The notes under the pieces are model-generated. The model was not told the DNA's origin, did no database searches, and saw only the letters and a list, made by a program, of their open reading frames with translations. From the NCBI GenBank assembly GCA_965197475.1, contig CBDANF010000003.1:448001-512000 (forward strand): a stretch of 64,000 bases of DNA, given 5' to 3'. Of this stretch, positions 1 through 9,959 are shown one piece after another (positions within the stretch are counted from its first letter, which is position 1; each line of letters begins with the position of its first letter). A program made the translations under genes and the position numbers. This stretch comes from Candidatus Poribacteria bacterium (lineage in GTDB: Bacteria > Poribacteria > WGA-4E > WGA-3G).

Positions 1-460
1 CACTCATCTCGCCATCTATAGGTATTAAGTTTACCCCATTTTTTCGGACAGCGTCCATCACTATCGGACCGCACATTACCATCACCTCTTTATTTACGAA
101 GGCGATGTCTTTCCCCGCATTGATAGCAGAGAGAGTAGGTAGCAAACCCGCGCTTCCTCCCATTCCGTCTAAGACCTGTTCCGCTTCTTGGATAGTCGCT
201 ACGGCTTGAATTCCTTCAGCACCAGATAGGATTTCAGTGCTGTTGAGATCCCGGAGACGCTTGCGCAGAAGAGTTGCTGCTGCTGGTTCATTGAGTGCTG
301 CCAACCGTGGGCGAAACTGGCGGACTTGATGTTCAAGCGTGTCAACGTCCCTGTTTGCAGCGAGTGCGACAACCTTAAATTCCTCCCTATGTGTTTCAAC
401 AACGTCGAGAGCGTTTTTTCCAATGGAACCGGTACTACCCAAAATGGCGATGTGCTTCAT
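1..460 (-). CDS. dxr: 1-deoxy-D-xylulose-5-phosphate reductoisomerase (N-terminal part; runs off the window edge)
   Basis: Manual translation from the ATG at 460 gives MKHIAILGSTGSIG...GLLPTLSAINAGKDIAFVNKE...IPIDGEMS. It has the NADPH-binding GSTGSIG motif and lies directly downstream of cdsA. Not listed in the ORF track because it has no stop in the window. Confidence 0.93.
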   Translation of the reverse strand, partial: MKHIAILGSTGSIGKNALDVVETHREEFKVVALAANRDVDTLEHQVRQFRPRLAALNEPAAATLLRKRLRDLNSTEILSGAEGIQAVATIQEAEQVLDGMGGSAGLLPTLSAINAGKDIAFVNKEVMVMCGPIVMDAVRKNGVNLIPIDGEMS

Positions 461-592
461 GTGTATTGGCTATGGTGGCAGTGCCGTAGCACTCGCCTTT
501 TTACTGTAGATACGCATTTTCGTAAACGTTTGTTCACCTTTTACTGTGAAGATAGGTAGTGTGAGCAAACAAATTTTGTCTGTCCGGGGAAT

Positions 593-1429
593 TTATTTAA
601 AAAATCCCGTTAATGCAAGATAATAATAGAGAATAGGCGCGCTAAAAATTAAACTATCACACCTGTCAAGGAAGCCTCCGTGACCCGGTATGAAATCCCC
701 GGAGTCTTTGACACCAGCAGTGCGTTTCATGAGCGATACGCTTAAATCACCGAGTTGTCCTAAAACACTCAAGAGCAGTCCTATAAATGCGGCGTTTGCC
801 AAAGAGAGCGTTTCCCGTAAGAGCCATGCGCCAAGCGCAAGACTGATTAAGGTTCCGACGACCAATCCAGCAATAGTGCCTTCAACCGTTTTACGAGGAC
901 TTATTGGCGTGCTGAGTTTATGTTTACCGACTGCCCTACCGATGAGATACGCACCGGTGTCGCTACACCAAATCGTTCCAATGAGTAAGAAAACAAGGTT
1001 CCTGCCAACATTACCATCTATTTCTCGGAGTAGGATACAGTGGTAACCGAATGCCCATCCGATTGTCAAGATACCTGTAAGTTTTAGAGTGACAGTGAGC
1101 AACTCTCCTGCTATTTCTCCTCGGTATATACTTGACGCGAAGGCATATATAAACACAACGAGGAAGAAACTGAACATCACTAGCGATGTTTTAGCGTTTT
1201 CTATCGGTGTATCCAAGCGAAACGCGAACAAACAGAATCCCACTGTTAGGAGTGTAGGTATAACCGGATTCAATTTTTGGCTGAGGTGTTGCGTTAGCCG
1301 GCAGTACTCAACTTGCATCATCAGGACGGCGGCGGAAATGAGAAGCAAGTAAAGCAAACCGCCAAAATAGATAATCAGCAGGACAAGCGGAACCAGCACA
1401 ACAACACTCAAAGTTCGCCGCCAAAACAT
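593..1429 (-). CDS. cdsA: Phosphatidate cytidylyltransferase
   Basis: Multi-TM protein with SDTGAY, ISPRKTVEG, KDSGDFIPGHGGFLDRCDS motifs; canonical position in the operon. Confidence 0.95.
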   Translation of the reverse strand: MFWRRTLSVVVLVPLVLLIIYFGGLLYLLLISAAVLMMQVEYCRLTQHLSQKLNPVIPTLLTVGFCLFAFRLDTPIENAKTSLVMFSFFLVVFIYAFASSIYRGEIAGELLTVTLKLTGILTIGWAFGYHCILLREIDGNVGRNLVFLLIGTIWCSDTGAYLIGRAVGKHKLSTPISPRKTVEGTIAGLVVGTLISLALGAWLLRETLSLANAAFIGLLLSVLGQLGDLSVSLMKRTAGVKDSGDFIPGHGGFLDRCDSLIFSAPILYYYLALTGFFK

Positions 1430-1431
1430 AA

Positions 1432-2019
1432 TTAGTTCTCTAAAAGTTCAGCTTCTTTGGCATCGGCTAAATCGTTGATTTGGTTAACGTAAGTATCAGT
1501 CAACTTCTGTACTGGATCAGAGTCGCTGCGTGCACCTTTCTTATCGCCGCCTCTACCTTTGCTTCTCCTGCTACCTGAGCCGGTATCGCTACCTTCAAGT
1601 TTACGGATTGCATCGTTTGCATCGCGGCGTATATTCCGAATTGCGACTCTGCCTTCCTCAGCTAACTTTTTTACCAGTTTCGTAAGTTCAAAGCGTCGTT
1701 CGGTCGTCAACTCTGGCACTTGGATACGAATTATGCTTCCATCGTTACTGGTGGCAAGTCCTAAATCAGAAAGTGCAATTGCTTTTTCAATTTCCGTAAT
1801 TAACGACTTGTCCCAAGGTTGGATTATAAGCTGATGCGGTTCAGGTGTGGTGATTGTCCCGACCTGATTTAATGGTGTCTTACTACCGTAGTAGTTGATC
1901 GCAACTTGGTCTAGCAACGCAATAGTGGCACGGCCCGTTTGGACATGTGACAACTTTGTTGCTGTTGATTCGACCGTTTTCTTCATTCGTGATTCAGTAT
2001 TTTGCAGTACTTCTTGCAT
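1432..2019 (-). CDS. frr: Ribosome recycling factor
   Basis: TGRA, YYGSKTPLNQV, QPWDKS, LTTERR, RVAIRNIRRDAND motifs. Confidence 0.95.
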   Translation of the reverse strand: MQEVLQNTESRMKKTVESTATKLSHVQTGRATIALLDQVAINYYGSKTPLNQVGTITTPEPHQLIIQPWDKSLITEIEKAIALSDLGLATSNDGSIIRIQVPELTTERRFELTKLVKKLAEEGRVAIRNIRRDANDAIRKLEGSDTGSGSRRSKGRGGDKKGARSDSDPVQKLTDTYVNQINDLADAKEAELLEN

Positions 2020-2083
2020 CTGAATTCCCTATTCCTTTCTGGTTTCGCTGATTCCGATGTAAGGTGTTCTAGCTGTAATTATT

Positions 2084-2677
2084 TTACTGTCCGAGGACAT
2101 AGAGTACAAAACGTTTTACAACGATGTTCTCGCCGAGTTGTGCGATTGCATCCTTAACAAGGTCCCCGATCATTTTATCGGCATCGCGAATATACGGTTG
2201 TTTTAGTAGACATGCTTCCGAATAAAATTTAGAAAGCCGTCCTTCAACAATTTTATCAACAATATGGTCAGGTTTACCCTCTTGTAGTGCTTGAGATTTC
2301 AAAATTGCTTTTTCAGAATCAAGTTCCTCGGCGGGAACCTCATCTTCGCTGACATATCTGGGTTTTGCAGCGGCGACCTGCATAGCGATCTCTGTTGCTA
2401 ATTTTTGAAACTGCTCTGTACGAGCGACAAAGTCAGTTTCGCAATTTAATTCAACTAAAGTGCCGATGCGATTCCCCGGATGGATGTAAGAGATAATGAG
2501 CCCTTCTTCAGTTGCTCGTCCACCCTTTACCTCAGAAGCACGCAAGCCTTGCTCGCGCAATTTCTTAATTGCGGCATCTATATCTCCATCCGTTTCAGCC
2601 AATGCCTTTTTGCAGTCCATAATTCCGGCACCAGTACGCGAACGTAGTTCACTGACCATTTTTGCTGTAATTGCCAT
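2084..2677 (-). CDS. tsf: Elongation factor Ts (short form)
   Basis: LRSRTGAGIMDCKKAL, ELNCETDFVAR, GENIVVKRF motifs. Confidence 0.97.
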   Translation of the reverse strand: MAITAKMVSELRSRTGAGIMDCKKALAETDGDIDAAIKKLREQGLRASEVKGGRATEEGLIISYIHPGNRIGTLVELNCETDFVARTEQFQKLATEIAMQVAAAKPRYVSEDEVPAEELDSEKAILKSQALQEGKPDHIVDKIVEGRLSKFYSEACLLKQPYIRDADKMIGDLVKDAIAQLGENIVVKRFVLYVLGQ

Positions 2678-2838
2678 GTTGCCTCCAATTTAGATTCAAT
2701 TTAGATGCTATGCTTTAAGACTATACAATGCTAAATTTGGTTTTCAAGCACCTTGTTTTGAATTCTAAAGTTAAAGATTTCCAGTTTGAGATTCAGTTGT
2801 TTATAACTATTAATCTGAAAATATTTCTGAGTGTAAAA

Positions 2839-3738
2839 CTACTGTGGGGGTTTTCGTGATCGCCCTGTTCTTCTTTTCGGGCGAGGTTGACGCACTTGTC
2901 GTTGCTCTCCATCACCAATTGTTTCAGGTTCGGCTGAAAGCTGTGTGGCATCTAAAATCTGTGCTGTTTGCTCTTCGTGCCGTTCAACTTCAGCAACTTT
3001 ATCAAGCTGCGTTTCTTCAGTTTGTTTACTTTCTTCCTCAACCTGTTCGCCTTCTAATGCATCACCACGCCCCTCCATAACTGCCTCAGCCAAAACAGCA
3101 CAAATTAACCGGATTGAACGGATAGCATCATCGTTGCCAGGGATCGGCAGGTCAATTGGATCAGGGTCACAGTTCGTATCTACTATCGCGATTATCGGGA
3201 TACCGAGTTTGTTCGCTTCAGCAATAGCCGTGTGTTCTTTGCGAGTATCAGTGACGATAACGACTTCGGGGAGGATAGACATATCTTTGATACCGGTAAG
3301 GTTATTTGACAACTTCCCTTTTTCTCGTCTCAACCGAATGATCTCTTTTTTAGGCCGTTTTTCAAGTTCACCACTTGTTTCTTCAGCCTCAAGTTCTTCT
3401 AACTTGCTGATGCTTTGGCGGATTGTCTGGAAGTTTGTTAACATTCCGCCTAACCAGCGGTGATTGACGTAGTACATGCTACATCGGACCGCTTCCTCAA
3501 GCACAGCTTCCTGAGATTGTCGTTTTGTTCCTACAAAAAGTGCTGCACCACCTTGTGCAGCAATGCCTTGAACAAATTCCACCGCGGTTTCGAGCATTCT
3601 CAATGTCTTCTGCAAATCAATTATGTAAATTCCGTTGCGCTCAGCGAAGATGTACTCTGCCATCTTCGGATTCCAGCGCCGGGTTTGGTGGCCAAAATGA
3701 ACTCCACATTCAAGGAGTTCTTTCATTGTAACTGCCAA
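2839..3738 (-). CDS. rpsB: 30S ribosomal protein S2
   Basis: [43 protein letters not shown] motifs; TTG start preceded by an AGGAGG RBS. Confidence 0.98.
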   Translation of the reverse strand: MAVTMKELLECGVHFGHQTRRWNPKMAEYIFAERNGIYIIDLQKTLRMLETAVEFVQGIAAQGGAALFVGTKRQSQEAVLEEAVRCSMYYVNHRWLGGMLTNFQTIRQSISKLEELEAEETSGELEKRPKKEIIRLRREKGKLSNNLTGIKDMSILPEVVIVTDTRKEHTAIAEANKLGIPIIAIVDTNCDPDPIDLPIPGNDDAIRSIRLICAVLAEAVMEGRGDALEGEQVEEESKQTEETQLDKVAEVERHEEQTAQILDATQLSAEPETIGDGEQRQVRQPRPKRRTGRSRKPPQ

Positions 3739-3778
3739 AAATAACCTCCTGGGTTTACTGGAGTCTCAAGACTCCTTG

Positions 3779-3862
3779 CTGGGTTTATACGTCCACCTCC
3801 TTCATATTTGCATCAGACTCTCATTCCGAGAGAACCCGCCGTGCAAATCTGGAGGTGTGTAT
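3779..3862 (-). promoter_or_regulatory. Putative rpsB (S2) autoregulatory leader RNA
   Basis: Minus strand reads ACACACCTCC-ATTTGCA...CTCTC/GAGAG...TGCAAAT-GGAGGTG..AAACCC, forming nested stems in the rpsB 5' UTR, like known S2 leaders. Confidence 0.6.
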
Positions 3863-3902
3863 CTCTGGTAATCTCGTTTGTCCATATAATCAAATTATAT
3901 TA

Positions 3903-3931
3903 ATTATACCATGTTTCCAAAAGGTATGCAA
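3903..3931 (-). promoter_or_regulatory. sigma70 promoter of the rpsB operon
   Basis: TTGCAT-17 bp-TATAAT with an extended -10 TG. Confidence 0.65.
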
Positions 3932-4002
3932 TTTTTTTTCGGGTTAAGCAGAGCCATTCAATTGTCATGAGCGACTCTTGTGGAGGGCTTTCTAAGCCCG
4001 AT

Positions 4003-4988
4003 GGCTCATGTAAAAAGTAAGTGCTATTTTTTCAAAGTTATGTTAGCGTGTTACCTATGGACTTTCCAATACAATCTCTCCTGGATGAAGAAAAAACTCA
4101 AGCGTGGGTGTTGGATCATTTCCACCTTCAAGGGCTGTGTTGCCCAAAATGCCAAGCGAGCGTGGCGGAGGCACGCAAGTTCCGTCCGACTGAAACAAGT
4201 GGTCTACAAGTGTATCGCTGCAAACACTGTGAGAGCATCTACAACCTCTATACCGGGACGGTCTTTGCTGGCACGCAGTTTCGTCCCTCACAGGTCGTTC
4301 TGCTTTTGCGCGGTGTCTGTCAAGGTGTTTCAAGTGCACAACTCGGGTGTGAACTGGGTCTAAGTCGTCAAACCGTTCTTTCTATAAGACGTAAACTCCA
4401 AACTTCGGCAGAGCAGATACAACCCGAAGCTGCTTTACCTGATGCTGAAGTCGAAACAGATGAGATGTTTCAAAACGCCGGTGAAAAAGGCGATAAGCAC
4501 GTTGATGCTTCGGATCCGCCGCGTCGGCGTGGCAATAAACGCAGGGGACATGGGACTTATGACAATGATCGTCCGCCTATTGTTGGGACGAAAGGTCGCG
4601 AAAGCGGTCTCCTGAGATTACGTGTTGTGCGGCACACCGATTCTGCGACGCTTTCAACACACGTTCATCAGTGGACGTTGCCGACTTCAACGGTGTATAC
4701 GGATGGTTGGCGTGGCTATAACCGTATTCAGCGCGCCCGTGAGATTGTTCTCCATAAGGATGGCGAGTGGGCAAGAGACGCAGACGGTGATGGTCTTTAC
4801 GAGATCCATACAAGGACGATTGAAGGTGCCTGGACGACGCTGCGAAACTTCCTTCGTCCCTTTCGTGGCGTTCATAAAAAGTTCCTCGCCGGTTACGTCG
4901 CAATCTGTGAGTTCGTCATGAATCTAAAAGCTGTCAGTGTTGATTTTATAGCAAAACTCGTCAAAAGCACTTACTCTTGACATGAGCG
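4003..4988 (+). mobile_element. IS1595-family insertion sequence
   Basis: Imperfect ~23-bp terminal inverted repeats (GCTCATGTaAAaAGTAAGTGCT / AGCACTTACTcTTgACATGAGC) around the transposase; no target duplication visible. Confidence 0.85.
4057..4980 (+). CDS. IS1595-family (ISXO2-like) DDE transposase
   Basis: Zn ribbon CPKC...CKHC, HTH, VETDE, VYTDGWRGY, HTRTIEGAW motifs; ATG at 4057 is in frame with the listed ORF 4021..4980. Confidence 0.9.
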   Translation: MDFPIQSLLDEEKTQAWVLDHFHLQGLCCPKCQASVAEARKFRPTETSGLQVYRCKHCESIYNLYTGTVFAGTQFRPSQVVLLLRGVCQGVSSAQLGCELGLSRQTVLSIRRKLQTSAEQIQPEAALPDAEVETDEMFQNAGEKGDKHVDASDPPRRRGNKRRGHGTYDNDRPPIVGTKGRESGLLRLRVVRHTDSATLSTHVHQWTLPTSTVYTDGWRGYNRIQRAREIVLHKDGEWARDADGDGLYEIHTRTIEGAWTTLRNFLRPFRGVHKKFLAGYVAICEFVMNLKAVSVDFIAKLVKSTYS

Positions 4989-5012
4989 GAAGAATTTTGA
5001 TAAATATCAGTA

Positions 5013-6749
5013 GACATTCAGAAAGGTACGTGCATATCGCAAGTAGAAACAAATGGTATTGTATATGGACTAACCTTTTCAGATGATAATCGGTATCTTG
5101 CAGCATCCTATGGATCGTCTGCTATCGTTGAAGTTTGGCATGCAGAAACATGTGAACCGGTTGCACAATACACTTTAGACACCGAAGAAACAAGTTATTA
5201 CTGCCCTGTTAGTTTTTCACCTTGCGCTGAACTGATAGTATCTACAGGTCCGAGTAGCACAGATCAGAATGCAGATGAAATAGTTGTATGGAATGTAAAA
5301 AGTTGTCAAAAGATCGCATCACTTCCCGGGCATACGGATTCGGTCACTACGCTCAGTTTTTCACCGTGTGGAGAGTTCATCGCTTCTGGTGGTGAAGACG
5401 GCACTGTATACGTATGGGATGTGAATACATGGCAAATCGTGCAGTCTTATTCAGATTTTGGCGGTGTGTGTCGTACTATGCCATCTTGGACACCAGATGG
5501 TATACTGTGTGCAACGATTACTATGTATGACGACACTAACCATGCGACTATCTCTGTCCGTGACCTTGAAAGTAACGAACAAATCTATACCGATCAACTA
5601 TGCGGAAGTACCGCGCAATTTTCCGATACGGATGGTTGGGGCAACACCGTCGTATTTTCAAACGGTTCGCAACTTGCTTATGAATGCAGACACGAATTTA
5701 TCAATGTATGGACACCTGAATATCCATATAAGAGACAGTTCACACATTCACCTATTTCGTTTCCTACTTCTACACATTCTCCTGCTGCGTTTCCTACATT
5801 TGCTGTGTTTTCGGATGATGGCAAAACATTAGCAGTAAAACATCATCATGAAGGTGTTGTGTTATGGGATATTGCAAGTAAACGTTCACGTCCTGCAGTT
5901 AAAGTGGAATCAGCAGGTAAAAATCAGTTTTTATATAAAACCGATAGCGGAAAATTCTATGTTGCCAGTATCAAAGATGATAATGTTACGCTCTGGGAAG
6001 CTGATGGGAATGGTATCCCTCTTATTGAAGGAACGGGGCGAGAATACTGGAGTGCTTTTCCTGCATTATCACCAACAGGCAGGTTATTTGCTTATGCTGA
6101 TGCAGATGGAAACCTGAAAGTGTGGGATGTAAACAGTGGGAGTCAACTCTATGAAATGAAACATCCTCTTGAGACAAATGATAACGAGGATGATGAAACA
6201 ATTTGTGATCTGCAATTCAGTTTTGATGGAAAAATACTCGCAAGTGAATCAAATTATCCATTCGCGCATGTCATTTCGTGGGACATGGAACTTGGTGAAG
6301 AGATAGACAATTCTCTAAATGATAATGCTGCTACACGAATCCTTGGAAGACTCGTCTTGAGACATTTGAAACCAAGATCTCGTGAGGTCGTCCATATTTC
6401 TCATGATGGAAAGTATTTAGCTTCCATAGGAAATAACACATATTTGTATGATGTGAAAGAGAATGACTACCTTACTCGGTTGTCTCTACCGCAAGGGTTG
6501 GAAGAAATGTTTTGGGTTGCTGGGTTTTCCATGTGTGGGAAATATTTTGCAGCTGGGACATGGTGGCGAGAAGGCATGGAGAAAATGGTAATCTGTTTAT
6601 GGGAGGTAGAAACCGGCAAACAGATTGTTACATTTAGAGGACATCCAACAGATGTACATGCACTCGCCTTCTCGCCAGACAACAAACTATTAGCTAGTGC
6701 AAGTTATGATGGTACTATCCTGCTTTGGGATCTCACACCTTATCTGTAG
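5013..6749 (+). pseudogene. 5'-truncated WD40 repeat gene ('WDLxPYL' subfamily)
   Basis: The frame is open from about 5013 (DIQKGTCISQVE...LPGHTDSVTTLSFSPCG...) into ORF 5421..6749. It lacks the ~100-aa N-terminus of its paralogues (e.g. 35199) and abuts an IS end remnant. Confidence 0.75.
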
Positions 6750-6849
6750 TTGTTAGTCTTTACAACAGATCAAGTGTCCAAATTAACGACAAGGTTATTT
6801 AGTTTTCGGTTTTTCTGCTATATTTTTCACATTTCTATATAAATTATCT

Positions 6850-6958
6850 GTAGGTCGGGTAGAGCTTGCGAAACCCGACATGAACTAAACGTGTCCAAAT
6901 CAACGCTGAATGCGCGTATGGCATTCAGCGGGTTTCTCTACCGCTCTACCTGACCTAC
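6850..6958. repeat. REP-like inverted doublet (GTAG...CTAC)
   Basis: GTAGGTCGGGTAGAGC...GAAACCCG pairs with CGGGTTTC...GCTCTACCTGACCTAC. Confidence 0.65.
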
Positions 6959-6990
6959 GAAATAAACTATAAATAGATGCGCGAAGGTGG

Positions 6991-7106
6991 TAATACCAAT
7001 TTTATAAATTATTTTCTCTTTTGAAAAAATGTAAGAGGCGCAATGAATTGCGCGACTACGAACTGTCTATTTTTTTAAGAGAAGTTATTTTTGAGAAATG
7101 GTATAA
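6991..7106. mobile_element. MITE (TAATACCA..TGGTATAA ends) with REP-like core
   Basis: Terminal inverted repeats and the core GTAAGAGGCGCAATGAATTGCG, which recurs near 16866, 17095, 56259 and 60909. Confidence 0.6.
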
Positions 7107-7225
7107 TATGGACAGAATGAAAAAGGAAGATATTTAATTAAAATTCACATTTTTTGGCAATTTATGTCAATCATGCAACCTTACAACCTCAAAATCGCGT
7201 CACTATTAATTGTAGATATATGTTC

Positions 7226-7318
7226 TTATACCAAATTAACTTGATTCGACATCTTCGGATAAATCGGCATTGCGAGGCACGGGGACCTCGCTCTACAAAT
7301 CAGGTTAATTGGGTATTA
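7226..7318. mobile_element. MITE (TATACCAAATTAAC ends)
   Basis: Ends TTATACCAAATTAAC / GTTAATTGGGTATTA; the same ends occur at 23166..23260. Confidence 0.6.
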
Positions 7319-7329
7319 CGAGGTTTCTG

Positions 7330-9894
7330 ATGGAAAAAGACGATGTCGAATTGATTGACAGCATTTTGTCTGGTGACGATAATGCTTTCAGTACATTAGT
7401 CCGGAAATACCAAAAGAGCGTCCATGCACTTGCATGGCGGAAAGTCCATGATTTCCATATAGCCGAAGAAATAACACAAGATACCTTCCTGCACGTATAC
7501 AAAAAACTGCCAACCCTTAAAAATCCGAATCAGTTTGCTGGATGGTTGTATGTGATTGCCAATCGACGCTGCATTGCTTGGCACCGAAAGAAAAAATAGG
7601 AAGTGCAATCCCTTGAAGCCACAAGCCAAGAAATGCTTGAAGGAACAGCCTATGCGTGTTATGTGACGGAACAACGTGATGAAGCATCAGGTGAACGTTG
7701 TCGTGAAATTGTGCAAAGTCTTCTGGAGAAACTACCTGAGAGTGAACGTACGGTGGTTATACTCCACTACCTCGGAGAAATGACCTGTGAAGCGATTAGC
7801 AAGTTTTTAGGGGTGTCCCCGAACACGGTCAAAAGTCGGTTGAGCCGCGCCCGAAAACGTTTAAGAGAGCAAGAATCAATATTGCGAGATACACTTGGAA
7901 GTGTACAATTACCTTCTAATCTAACCGAAAACATTATGAGGGACATTACCAACCTAAAACAGACACCACCCTCAGGCGGTAAACCATTACTACCGTTGGG
8001 AGCTTTAGGTTCATCTATCATTTTGGTTATTTTGCTGATAGGCGCGAGCAATCAATATCTGACTCACTTTCAATTACCGTATAGTTTTGACGCACAATCA
8101 GAAACTACTATTGAAATCGTTGAAGTACCCGTTATCCATGAAATCCAGCCAAAACTTGATGTGCAAAATCGGGTTGGAAGCGATACTGCTCCTAGTAAAA
8201 GCAGCAACGACGGTTCAGCAAAAGGAGAAACTTCTATGCAAAACAACCTTGTCCAAGATTCTACACAATGGAAATTACCTGAAGGTGCAAAAGCGCGTTT
8301 AGGAAAAGGCTACGTATATGAGTTGACGTATTCCTCAGATGGCAAACTACTTGCTGTATCAGGGACTATGGGTATTTGGATTTATGATGCACACACAGGT
8401 GAAGAACTCAATCTGCTCTTAGGACACGGCTCTGGTGGTGTTCCAGCAGTCGCTTTTAGTCCCGATAATCAACTTCTTGCAAGTGGTAGCCGTGACAAGA
8501 CAATTAGGTTATGGGACCCTCACACCGGACAACATAAAGCGACATTCACAGGACATCAGGATGCAGTCTATTCAGTGGCGTTTAGTCCCAATGGACAAAA
8601 ACTTGCAAGTGGAGGTGAGGATGAAACAATCCGTTTATGGGATGTAGCTACTGGAGAACTTCTCCTCACCTTTGCTGGACATGCAGGGGGTGTATCTAAT
8701 GTGATGTACTCTACAGATGGCGAAATGCTTGCTAGCCACGGATGGGATGGAATGATTCACTTGTGGGACTCCAATACTGGAGAATTCCTTCGCTCGCTTA
8801 CCGGACATACGGGAGATATCTATTCCATCGCATTTTCTCCTGACGGTAAAACTATAGCGAGTGGTGCTGAGGATGGGACAATTCGGTTTTGGGAGACTCA
8901 AACTGGACACCTCAAGGCAACCTTAACAGCAGCAACAGATGGCGAAGGAGTTAATTCAGTTTTGTTCAGTCCAAATGGGCAGACGTTCGTCAGTAACAAC
9001 TATGGTGACGATGAAATTCAGTTTTGGGACGTAGCTTCCGGTCAACGGCTCAAAACCATCACAAGTCCGAAAGATACAACCAATAATATAGTATTCTCCC
9101 CGGATGGGAACACACTTGCAAACGCAGGCAGGGATGGCACAATCCGATTCTGGGATGTGGCTACCACTACTCCGCTACGAACCCTCACGGGATATGCAAA
9201 TTTGTTTACTGATATGGCGTACTCACCGGATGGAAAGACACTCGCTACTGTAAGTTCTATGGAAAGACTGCGATTATGGGATACCCGTACTGGCAAACTA
9301 ATGAAAACGTACCTCCCGCGTTCCAACGGCATCTATTGTACCGCATTTTTACCGGATGGTGTAACCCTTGCATGTGGGGGTGGTGGAGACAACTCGGTGT
9401 GGCTTTTGAATGCTGAAACGGGTGAACATGGACAGGTTTTCACAGGACACACAGATAATATTGAATCGGTGGTATTCAGTCGTGATGGACAGATGCTCGC
9501 AAGTGGGGATTCCAACGGAAACATTCATGTGTGGGATGTGGCTACTGGTGAAACCCTAAGAATACTCGAATGGCACAATGATTATGTCCGAACTTTGGCA
9601 TTCTCTCCTGACGGAAAAATGCTTGTGAGTACGAGTGATTCGGAAATTCGTTTTTGGGACATTAACACTTGGGAGACTATAAGAAAAGTTTCTGATTACG
9701 ATGTGTCAATTTCACCGGATTGGAAAACGTTTGTGACTTACGGCAGTGACCGCATAGTCAAATATTGGCACATGGATTCGGATGATCCGTTAAAGACTAT
9801 TACGCCAGAAGAAAAACCATATTCTCCAGATGGGCGTACTTTCGCCACGGCAGGTTGGGACAGCACTATCCTGCTATGGGATGTCCCAGAATAA
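7330..9894 (+). pseudogene. ECF sigma factor fused to WD40 repeats, interrupted by an in-frame TAG at 7597-7599
   Basis: ORF 7309..7599 carries sigma region 2 (AEEITQDTF...FAGWLYVIANR). ORF 7603..9894, in the same frame, carries region 4 (LPESERTVVILHY...LGVSPNTVKSRLSRARKRL), a hydrophobic segment and WD40 repeats. Confidence 0.8.
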
Positions 9895-9959
9895 GTCTGA
9901 CTTCATGGCATCGTCAGCAGGTTTCCACTCATACACAACCTCAAAGGAGTTCATATTGC

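Noticed and set aside
199-559. ORFs 199..423 and 326..559
   Set aside because: Alternative frames overlapping dxr.
7597-7599. Pyrrolysine or genome-wide amber recoding
   Set aside because: TAG serves as a normal stop for many genes in this window and no pyl genes are seen.
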